The notes beneath the pieces were generated by a model, which saw only the letters and a list, made by a program, of their open reading frames with translations, made no database searches and was not told the origin of the DNA. Of a stretch of DNA of 64,000 nt, positions 42,697 to 50,139 are shown one piece after another. This DNA comes from Patescibacteria group bacterium (GTDB lineage: Bacteria; Patescibacteriota; Gracilibacteria; Peribacterales; Peribacteraceae). The translations under genes were made by a program, and so were the position numbers. Each line of letters begins with the position of its first letter. The stretch's first letter is position 1. The DNA is taken from the NCBI GenBank assembly GCA_023263945.1, contig JALQTW010000004.1, positions 3,095-67,094 on the forward strand, read 5' to 3'.

Positions 42697-43823
42697 TATA
42701 GACTTGCCGGCGGCACCACCCATCGGCAGTTACTGAAGCATGCATCACGATCGTTCGTGTTGCCATCGTCACAGTCTTCTCCGGTTTCGGTTTGTCCATT
42801 GCCGCAGATTGCGGAGGAGGATGAGGAAGACGAGGAAGATGAGGAGGACGAAGAGGACGAGGAAATAGAAGAAATAGATGATGATGAAGTTTCCTCACAT
42901 CTATTTGTCCCCGAATTACAGACCATATTGTAAGGACAACTCACGCCATTTCCACATCGATAACACAAGCCAGCCTGACAGACTGTTCGTGAATTATTGC
43001 ATTCATCCTGATCACACGAACCTGCACCTCCGCATTGCCCCCCAATACATGCAAGTCCATTTGGACAGTTGGCATCTGTTGAGCATGCTTGTTGTGATGT
43101 GCTTGATGAAGAGGAAGAGGATGAAGACGAGTAGTTCGAGGAAGACGAGGAAGAGGAAATGAAGGACGAAGAAGACGAAGAAAGAGACGAAATAGATGAT
43201 AACGATGAAAGAGCGGAGCTGCTTGAAGTGCCTCCCACTGGACAAGCATTTGCAGGCAGAAGTCCCTGTCCGCAGATGAAGCACAAATCAACGGCGCTCA
43301 TCACATACAACTGCTTACTGCTTTCCGCCGTGCTGAACTGCGTCAATCTGTTGATGTCTGCATAGAGCGTGCGTTCATCCTGCGTTAAATTTGGTGCATT
43401 CACCTGTGCTTGCGAAAGGAAGAATGTCCCGTCAAACAGTGCAAGCTTTGTTTTGCCTGCCGCGTAATTGGCATTCTCCTGCCCGGAATATTGGTAGCCC
43501 CAAAACAGCGTGGTTGCACTTGCCGGAGCAAGGGAAGGGTTGATAACAGGAATGTTGGAAGCGGTTCCAATGGGGCACGAGACAAGGTTATGTTCATCTT
43601 TCTGGATGAGTGCACCGGCAATGGATTGCTCGCGTGTATATTCATTGAGTTGAATGCCGTTCACCGTTGCACCAAGAAGGGTAGAGCCCTTCACTTCCGC
43701 ACGCGAAAAATTGAGGGTCGGAATAAGAACATGCGACGAAGAGCGCTGAGTGGCAACGGTTGCAACAATTGCTGCAGTGACTGCAACACCAACGACTGAA
43801 AGAAGGAGAGTCTTCAGGGTCAT
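42696..43823 (-). CDS. Paralog of 41324..42559 (anchored surface protein with DUF4215-like cap)
   Basis: ATG 43823 ([23 protein letters not shown]) is preferred, because the listed 47-codon N-terminal extension runs through REP-like repeats. The N-domain aligns with the paralog ([36 protein letters not shown]). Confidence 0.55.
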   Translation of the reverse strand: [375 protein letters not shown]

Positions 43824-43996
43824 TGGAAAGCAGAGTAAAGAGAATCGAAGGGGGATGCAATGAGATCTGGCTGGCGCGGAAACAAGTCGCGCGAAGTCCG
43901 CCTTCGTTCGCCACGGTGAACTACGGATAAACAGGTATCGTACATTCCGCGCGAAGTATCGCATTTTCCGCGCGAAGGAAAAATTGTTTTGTCATG

Positions 43997-44066
43997 AGAG
44001 CGGCATACTTGCCGCGGATAAATGGCATACCTGCCCGCCGGCAGGCGGGCTTGCCGCGGTATAAAT
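43997..44066 (+). repeat. REP doublet (short plus nested-long unit)
   Basis: AGAGCGGCATACTTGCCGCGG-ATAAATG-GCATACCTGCCCGCCGGCAGGCGGGCTTGCCGCGG-TATAAATG. Hairpins are GCGGCA/TGCCGC and GCCCGCC-GGCA-GGCGGGC. Confidence 0.75.
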
Positions 44067-44074
44067 GAAACTCT

Positions 44075-44518
44075 TTATATATCGAAACAACTCAATAGTG
44101 TGACATCCCATTTCCCCGATGCGGAGGACCACGGGTATTCCTCAGGTTTTTCACAGAGTCCTTTCTTCACTGGATTCATGTGGATGTATCTGATGACCTG
44201 ACGTATTCGGTCAGGAATAACAAGATGAAATCGAGGTTGCCATAGAGCACCTTGGCCTACCTGAAATACGACTGCACGCTTGAAGGTGTACATGATTCTA
44301 GAAATTGAATTTTCTTTTGGTGCCTTTAGCAAAAAATGACAATGATCGGGCATGATGACGAAGGAATAGAGAAAAAAGGGCAACTTTTCTTGTGTGAAAT
44401 AGAGAGCATTAATTGCTTCTCTTGCATGACCCGGTTCAAGGAAGAGGGGATGCTTTCCTTTAACGTTCGTTGTGATGAGCATGGGAAGCTGGTTTTGGAT
44501 GGGGTGTCGTTGGGACAT
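44075..44518 (-). CDS. REP-associated tyrosine transposase (IS200/IS605 Y1 family, RAYT-like)
   Basis: HUH motif in VIMPDHCHFLL and the catalytic-Tyr block IRYIHMNPVKKGL. 147 aa, with no TnpB partner. Flanked by REP arrays. Confidence 0.8.
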   Translation of the reverse strand: MSQRHPIQNQLPMLITTNVKGKHPLFLEPGHAREAINALYFTQEKLPFFLYSFVIMPDHCHFLLKAPKENSISRIMYTFKRAVVFQVGQGALWQPRFHLVIPDRIRQVIRYIHMNPVKKGLCEKPEEYPWSSASGKWDVTLLSCFDI

Positions 44519-44524
44519 TGGGAA

Positions 44525-44557
44525 ATGCTAAAGGGCCGCGCGAAGCATCGCGCTCTC
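44525..44557 (-). promoter_or_regulatory. RAYT promoter region: -10 TAGCAT (leaderless) with a REP hairpin at the -35 position
   Basis: The minus strand reads GAGAGCGCGATGCTTCGCGCGGC-CCTT-TAGCAT-TTCCCA-ATG 44518. Confidence 0.45.
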
Positions 44558-44600
44558 ATTTCTGGATAAATGATGGTCTAATCATCAATGAAATGACATA

Positions 44601-44663
44601 AGAGCGGCATACTTGCCCGCCGGCAGGCGGGCTTGCCGCGAATAAATGGCATGCTTGCCGCGG
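44601..44663 (+). repeat. REP doublet (nested-long plus short unit)
   Basis: AGAGCGGCATACTTGCCCGCCGGCAGGCGGGCTTGCCGCG-AATAAATG-GCATGCTTGCCGCGG. It has the same orientation as the left doublet, with the unit order mirrored. Confidence 0.75.
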
Positions 44664-44739
44664 ACCCATCACGTTATCCACCATTTTTCAGATATTCTTG
44701 ATCGATCGTTTGGATGATGGTCTGGCGAATATGTGATCA

Positions 44740-46296
44740 TCATTTTGCGGTCTCTTCTACTCTTTTTTCTCTGATCACATTCACTTTAATGACACCCGGG
44801 TAGGTAAGCTCGGCTTCAATCTTCTTTGCGATGTTCTTCGCGAGTTCCAATTGCTTGAGATCATCAACTCTGCCTGCATCCACAAACACGCGCACTTCGC
44901 GTCCTGCAGAAATGGCGTAGGCCTTGCTCACTCCCTCGAACGATTTGGCTGTCGCTTCCAGTTCCGTAAGACGCTTGATGTACGCTTCCATGGATTCTCT
45001 TCTGGCACCGGGACGTGCACCAGAAATAGCATCTGCTGCAGCAACAATGAAGGCTTCTGCAGTTTCGATGGGGATATCTTCGTGATGTGCTGCAATACAG
45101 TGAATCACTTCCGGTCGTACCTTGAAGCGCTTTGCAATTTCTACGCCAATCTCCACGTGCGTACCGGAGACTTCGTGGTCCAGGGCTTTCCCCATGTCAT
45201 GCAGCAAACATCCTTCTGCAACAATCAAAGGATCTGCCCCTAACTCTTCCGCCATGGTGCGTCCCATGTTTCCCATTTGGACCGAGTGCTTCAAAATATT
45301 CTGTCCGTAACTGGTGCGGAAGCGCAGGCGTCCAATGATCTTTAAGAGATCTTGCGGATAGCCCGTAATGCCGAGTTCCTCGGTTGCTCGCTTTCCAAAT
45401 TCCAAGAGCATTTTTGCAACCTGCTCTTTCACTTTGTTGACCACCTCTTCAATGCGTGCCGGTTGAATGCGTCCATCTTCCACGAGTTTTTCCATCGCAA
45501 GTTTTGCAACGTAGCGGCGAATCAAATCGAACCCGGAAATTACAATGGCTCCCGGTGTATCGTCAATAATTACATCCACGCCTGTTGCTGCTTCAAACGC
45601 TGCAATGTTGCGTCCTTCTTTTCCAATGATACGTCCTTTCACATCGTCCGACGGAAGTTGCACCACAGTTGTTGTTGATTCTGTAGCCACTTCGGAGGCA
45701 TACCGTTGCATGGCTTCGGCCAACATGTTCTTTGCTTTCTCTTCCACCTCTTCTTCCATCGCTTTCTGTTCTTCTTTCAGTTGCGCTGCAAAGAATGGTG
45801 CAAATTCCGACTTTAATTCTTCAGACAATTTTTTCTTCGCTTCTTCCGCCGAAAGTTTGGATACTTTTTCCAATGCTTCACGATGCTTCACGGTGGACTC
45901 TTTCAGTTCCACCTCCATCTCTTTCATCTCCGTTTCTCTCTTCGTCAATGTTGCACGCTGCTTTTCCACTTCCTTCACTTTTTCCGTGAGCGCTTTTTCA
46001 TGTTCTTCAATGCGCGCGCGATCTTTCTCCACATGAGACGTCATCTCCTGCACCTGCAATTTTGCCTCGCTCATAATTTCTTTCGCGTTTGCCTTCGCTT
46101 CAGCTTCCAGCGCTTTCGCTTTGCTGCGCGCTTCTACAATCTGAACCTGCGTGTCCGCAAGTTCTTTTTCTTTCTGATCAATTTCCGCTTGCAGGCGGTT
46201 ACTGATTTTCTTTCCTGAACTAAACCAGAACCAGCCGGCAAGGAGGCCAAGAAAAAGTCCTGCAATAAGACCTAGAAAGACGACGGTAAAATCCAT
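44740..46296 (-). CDS. rny: Ribonuclease Y
   Basis: N-terminal TM (MDFTVVFLGLIAGLFLGLLAGWFWF), coiled coil, KH (GRIIGKEGRNI) and HD domain (LLHDMGKALDHE). ATG 46296 is preferred over the upstream TTG at 46311. Confidence 0.9.
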   Translation of the reverse strand: MDFTVVFLGLIAGLFLGLLAGWFWFSSGKKISNRLQAEIDQKEKELADTQVQIVEARSKAKALEAEAKANAKEIMSEAKLQVQEMTSHVEKDRARIEEHEKALTEKVKEVEKQRATLTKRETEMKEMEVELKESTVKHREALEKVSKLSAEEAKKKLSEELKSEFAPFFAAQLKEEQKAMEEEVEEKAKNMLAEAMQRYASEVATESTTTVVQLPSDDVKGRIIGKEGRNIAAFEAATGVDVIIDDTPGAIVISGFDLIRRYVAKLAMEKLVEDGRIQPARIEEVVNKVKEQVAKMLLEFGKRATEELGITGYPQDLLKIIGRLRFRTSYGQNILKHSVQMGNMGRTMAEELGADPLIVAEGCLLHDMGKALDHEVSGTHVEIGVEIAKRFKVRPEVIHCIAAHHEDIPIETAEAFIVAAADAISGARPGARRESMEAYIKRLTELEATAKSFEGVSKAYAISAGREVRVFVDAGRVDDLKQLELAKNIAKKIEAELTYPGVIKVNVIREKRVEETAK

Positions 46297-46646
46297 AGAG
46301 GGTTGGGGCAAGAAGAAGGGCGCCCCACTTCAGCTCACGTCAAAGCAATGTCAGAATTTGATGGCCGATCTACAAGGAGAGAAATCATGACGGTGTCGGG
46401 TCAAAGAATTGATGCAATGTGAGGCTCGTCTCTCAGAACATAAGGAGAGGAAGTGGGACGAGACGAACAAAGCATAGAGGATGGCAAGGCAAAAGGCGAG
46501 GGCTGATGGATGGCTTCCTGCTGCGTTCGGTTCGAATGAGAGCCGAAAACAATGATTGATTAGATCACCATTTGTTGTTTGGTAGCAATCGGGATCGCTC
46601 GATGGCTCCTTCTGGGCGCAGTACCGTGCGCCTCTTTTTCCTCTCT

Positions 46647-49283
46647 ATGCGTTTCTCACCCATTCTCTTTTTTGTTCCAACGGTCCTCCTTGCTGGGCGC
46701 ATCGCCCTTGCAGAGGAGGTTCTGCCTCTTGATACCGAGCTTCTAGCATCATCTTCCAGCTCGTCTGAAAGCGAATCGTCCTCTGTGTCATCGGAGTTGT
46801 CATCGTCGGCGCAATCCTCTTCGTCGGAATCATCATCAGAGTCTTCATCATCAGAGCAGTCCAGCTCGATCTCGTCGGAGCCCATCTCTTTCCTGTTTAT
46901 CAGTGAGTTTCTTCCAGATCCTGTGGGATCCGATGATTTTGAATGGATGGAATTGATGAACCGAAACGGGCAAGAGGTGGATCTCTCGGGATTCAAGCTG
47001 GATACAGGCACTTCGACCTCGTTCGCGTTGCCTCCAGGAACGGTACTGGAACCTGAGCAAACACTGCTTCTTCCTCGTAGTCTCACCCATCTCTCTCTTC
47101 CAAACGGAGGAGGCGTGGTGCATCTGAAAGATTCTTCTGGCACCCTTCTCGAAGAGGTTTCATATCCGTCCATGATGGAAGGAGTGAGTTTTGGCAGGTC
47201 TCCGGAGAGTCCTCTGACGCTCCAATCGTTCTGTGTCCCGACTCCCGATGCACCGAATAGTGTCATCCCTCTAGACATCGCAATCTCTCTCCAGTCTGGG
47301 GAGACAGTAGGGGAAGGATCCATCACCATGAACCTTCAGGCGGTGGCATCGAATGGCACCCTTGGAGGAGCTTCCTGTGTGTTCGACTACGGTGACGGTT
47401 TTGTCTCCCAAAGTTGTAACCCAAATTCGCATTCCATCAGTCGCATTGGAGACAACGAAGTGACCCTTCGACTGACCGATCAATGTGGTATCACAGTGGA
47501 ACAGACACTTGCATACCACGTTACAGCAAGGCCATCTTCGTCTTCATCCAGTCACTCTTCTTCGTCGGAAAATGAGACAGAAGATGATGTTCTTCCCCTC
47601 TCCTTGGTCGCGGCGACTACAGGTCTCGCGTGTCCCTCCGAAGGCATGGGAATAGTACACATTTCGGAGGTCCTTCCGGACCCTGACGGGAGTGATGACA
47701 ACGAATGGATTGAACTCTGGAATTCCGGTGGTGACACAATCAACGTGTGTGGTTGGCAACTTGATGATGCGGAGGGTGGTTCGAAGCCGTTTGGGTTGGA
47801 TGGAATTTCGATGAGCCCCAAGCAGTATCTCGTTCTTCCTCGAAGTCGCACAGGCCTTGCCCTGAATAACACACAGGAAAGCGTGCGACTTCTGGGTCCC
47901 ATCAGTGGATCAAACGATCATCAGGTCTTGGAAACGGTGAGCTATGAGAAGAGTGAAGCCAAGAAGGCGTATGCCCGAAAGACGGATGGATCGTTTATGT
48001 GGACAGATCTCCTGAGTCCAGGAGCCGCTAATCAGTTTGCAGCAGAGCTGGCGCCACTCAAGGCAACCGTCACGAAGGTGATTGATGGGGATACCATCGA
48101 TGTTGTTCTGGATGAACCCTCCAGCTTGTTTGGAGGAAAGAAATCACTGGGTGTTCGTATGATCGGGATCGATACACCGGAAACGGTGCACCCAAAGAAA
48201 TCGGTGCAAGCGTATGGAATAGAAGCATCGAATTTCATGCGAGCCCTATTAGAAGGAAAGAAAGTCGAACTATTTTTTGATACAGATCTCTATGACTATT
48301 ACGGAAGAGTGCTTGCGTATGTACAACTTTCCGATGGCTCTCTTGCACAGGAGAAACTGTTACAAGAAGGTTTAGCCTTTGCCTATACCAAGTATCCCTT
48401 CTCCAAGAAAGAAGAGTTCCTTACCCTTGAACAGGAGGCGAAAGCGAGAAAGAAAAAGTTATGGAGTGATACGGAAGCCCAAGAGTATGCGGAGAAACAG
48501 GCAATGAAAGAGAAAAAAGAAATAACGGTTAATTCTTCGTCTGCAAGTGGTGCGGCAGCGATACATGGCATGAATTCCGATGAGATCCTTCTTTCTGAAA
48601 TCTATCCTCATCCACGGAAGAAAAGTGGCTTGAATCAGGGCTCTTTGAATCTTTTTGAAGAATGGATGGAGATTCAGAATACCTCGACCGATCGCTTTGA
48701 TCTTCAGGGTTGGTCTCTGGATGATGAACAGAATGGTGGAAGTAAACCCTATGTCTTTCCGAAGGACTCGTTCATCGAGCCTCTTGCCTTCCTGATTGTT
48801 CCGAAAAGTATCAGCAAGTTATCCCTGAATGATGATAAAGATTCTATCTTTCTCATTCGGCCAGATGGAACCAGTGCCGGAGCCCTGACCTATGAGAAAA
48901 TTGCAGAAGGTGTGTCGATGAGCATGAGTGGAGGAGCATGGTGCCTCTCTTCCGTGCCTACACCCGGAACTGTAAATACCTGTTCAGCTCGTTCAGCCCT
49001 AACAATAGCCACTCCTTCGATGATGCTGATGAATACTCCTTCAGTCGTTCCGTTCATCTCCGGAAAGGCACCGAAGAAGGCAAAAAGTACCTCGTTTCTG
49101 GCCAAAACTCAGGAGGGAGATATGGAGGGTCTTTTCGAAGCGATGTTGGAGGGGGAAGGGGAGGAAAATGGCTTAAGGGAGGGATCTCGAAATTTATTGA
49201 CAATATCTATAATAATTTTACTGCTATCATCTTGTGTTGGAATAGGGGTCTACAGTTGGAGAAAGAGGAAAATTTTGGTATAA
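46647..49283 (+). CDS. Secreted, C-terminally anchored nuclease: three lamin-tail (LTD) domains plus a staphylococcal-nuclease (SNase) domain
   Basis: Signal MRFSPILFFVPTVLLAGRIALA. LTD blocks ISEFLPDPVGSDDFEWMEL, ISEVLPDPDGSDDNEWIELWN and LSEIYPHP...EEWMEIQN. SNase blocks VIDGDTIDV, VRMIGIDTPE and YGRVLAYV. C-terminal TM plus RKRK. Confidence 0.8.
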   Translation: MRFSPILFFVPTVLLAGRIALAEEVLPLDTELLASSSSSSESESSSVSSELSSSAQSSSSESSSESSSSEQSSSISSEPISFLFISEFLPDPVGSDDFEWMELMNRNGQEVDLSGFKLDTGTSTSFALPPGTVLEPEQTLLLPRSLTHLSLPNGGGVVHLKDSSGTLLEEVSYPSMMEGVSFGRSPESPLTLQSFCVPTPDAPNSVIPLDIAISLQSGETVGEGSITMNLQAVASNGTLGGASCVFDYGDGFVSQSCNPNSHSISRIGDNEVTLRLTDQCGITVEQTLAYHVTARPSSSSSSHSSSSENETEDDVLPLSLVAATTGLACPSEGMGIVHISEVLPDPDGSDDNEWIELWNSGGDTINVCGWQLDDAEGGSKPFGLDGISMSPKQYLVLPRSRTGLALNNTQESVRLLGPISGSNDHQVLETVSYEKSEAKKAYARKTDGSFMWTDLLSPGAANQFAAELAPLKATVTKVIDGDTIDVVLDEPSSLFGGKKSLGVRMIGIDTPETVHPKKSVQAYGIEASNFMRALLEGKKVELFFDTDLYDYYGRVLAYVQLSDGSLAQEKLLQEGLAFAYTKYPFSKKEEFLTLEQEAKARKKKLWSDTEAQEYAEKQAMKEKKEITVNSSSASGAAAIHGMNSDEILLSEIYPHPRKKSGLNQGSLNLFEEWMEIQNTSTDRFDLQGWSLDDEQNGGSKPYVFPKDSFIEPLAFLIVPKSISKLSLNDDKDSIFLIRPDGTSAGALTYEKIAEGVSMSMSGGAWCLSSVPTPGTVNTCSARSALTIATPSMMLMNTPSVVPFISGKAPKKAKSTSFLAKTQEGDMEGLFEAMLEGEGEENGLREGSRNLLTISIIILLLSSCVGIGVYSWRKRKILV

Positions 49284-49284
49284 T
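49276..49284 (+). promoter_or_regulatory. Extended -10 promoter (TGGTATAAT) overlapping the nuclease stop codon
   Basis: The sequence reads TTTTGGTATAAT. The stop TAA (49281-83) lies inside the hexamer. Confidence 0.45.
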
Positions 49285-49311
49285 AGAAGGATTTCTTAAC
49301 ACCCACACACA

Positions 49312-50139
49312 TTGGAAATTTCTCCTGAAGAATACGGCGAACTTATCCGCGATCGACTAAAGACGAGAGTGCCTGAAAATCAGAGAGTACAGTTGGAATC
49401 TATTTCTGCTAAGGAACTCGCAAAAATGCGACATGTACTAAACATTCATGCTCCCTTTCGCAGTCCTGATGAAACCAGAAAGGAACTCGAAGCCTCCGCA
49501 AAGACAGCTGAAGAAAAAGCTGCTGTTCTTGCACTTACAGCGGATCAAATAAACGCACTTTCTTCTGCGGGCGCGTATTCTTTTGAATCTGCAAAGAGAC
49601 CTGAGAAGAAGCATTATTCCCGAGAAACAAGCGCATTGCTTACGGGAACAGGGTGGACTGCTGGGACTGTTGGGTTGGGAGTTCTGGTAGGGGCAGGTGC
49701 TGTTTCTTCGTCGGTTGTGGGAGGAATGGTGGCAGGTTCGCTTGCATCACTGTATGGCCTTGGTCGTCTAGAAGAGAAGATCTGGAAAGAAAAGCCTGCT
49801 GGTTTCTGGAGAACCGTGGGACGTGGGGTAACTTCGCCCTTCTGGATTCCCGCTGGTCTTCTAAAGTATGGATGGAAATCTACCAAACAAGCAGGTAAGA
49901 AAAATTACAATGCGGCAAAATCTATTGCGACAGGCAAAAACACAGTAGGTCATCTTACAGATCCAGTGAGATGGGGGTGGCATGTTTTTTCTGGAACCGT
50001 AAAGGGTTTTCAACCTTCGAAGTGGAAAGAATTGAAGGACGTGGAAAAGGTTACGGCTCTTCCAGGACAAGCCATAACGAAAACTCTCAAATTTATTTTT
50101 GATTCTGGAGTTTCCTCTTCTAATAAGCATGAGCACTGA
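49312..50139 (+). CDS. Hypothetical membrane protein (Gly-rich double TM, Trp/Lys-rich tail)
   Basis: TTG start. Central LLTGTGWTAGTVGLGVLVGAGAV...VVGGMVAGSLASLYGLG. No recognisable family. Confidence 0.45.
   Translation: MEISPEEYGELIRDRLKTRVPENQRVQLESISAKELAKMRHVLNIHAPFRSPDETRKELEASAKTAEEKAAVLALTADQINALSSAGAYSFESAKRPEKKHYSRETSALLTGTGWTAGTVGLGVLVGAGAVSSSVVGGMVAGSLASLYGLGRLEEKIWKEKPAGFWRTVGRGVTSPFWIPAGLLKYGWKSTKQAGKKNYNAAKSIATGKNTVGHLTDPVRWGWHVFSGTVKGFQPSKWKELKDVEKVTALPGQAITKTLKFIFDSGVSSSNKHEH

Larger units (their letters stand above)
43870..44665 (-). mobile_element. REP-RAYT-REP locus
   Basis: A Y1 (HUH) transposase gene is bracketed by arrays of GC-rich 16-40-nt hairpin repeats that recur at 57.42-57.56 kb. 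Confidence 0.65.

Noticed and set aside
43824-43964. 47-codon N-terminal extension of ORF 42696..43964
   Set aside because: It runs through degenerate REP-like CCGCGCGAAG repeats. The paralog starts at the equivalent internal Met directly before the TM helix, with a conserved leader.
31564-43964. Diversity-generating retroelement acting on the surface-protein array
   Set aside because: No reverse transcriptase ORF and no template/variable repeat pair with adenine-specific mismatches were seen. The paralog similarity looks like ordinary duplication or gene conversion.
46312-46571. tRNA-like or tmRNA-like element suggested by GGTTCGAAT at about 46529
   Set aside because: The flanking stems do not form a canonical T-arm (the loop would be 12 nt), and there is no acceptor stem or CCA context. 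The region is treated as the divergent promoter and leader region of rny and the nuclease gene.
46565-47329. 254-aa minus-strand ORF
   Set aside because: It is antisense to the Ser/Glu-rich N-terminus and first LTD of the nuclease. It has an Asp/Ser low-complexity run and no promoter or start context.
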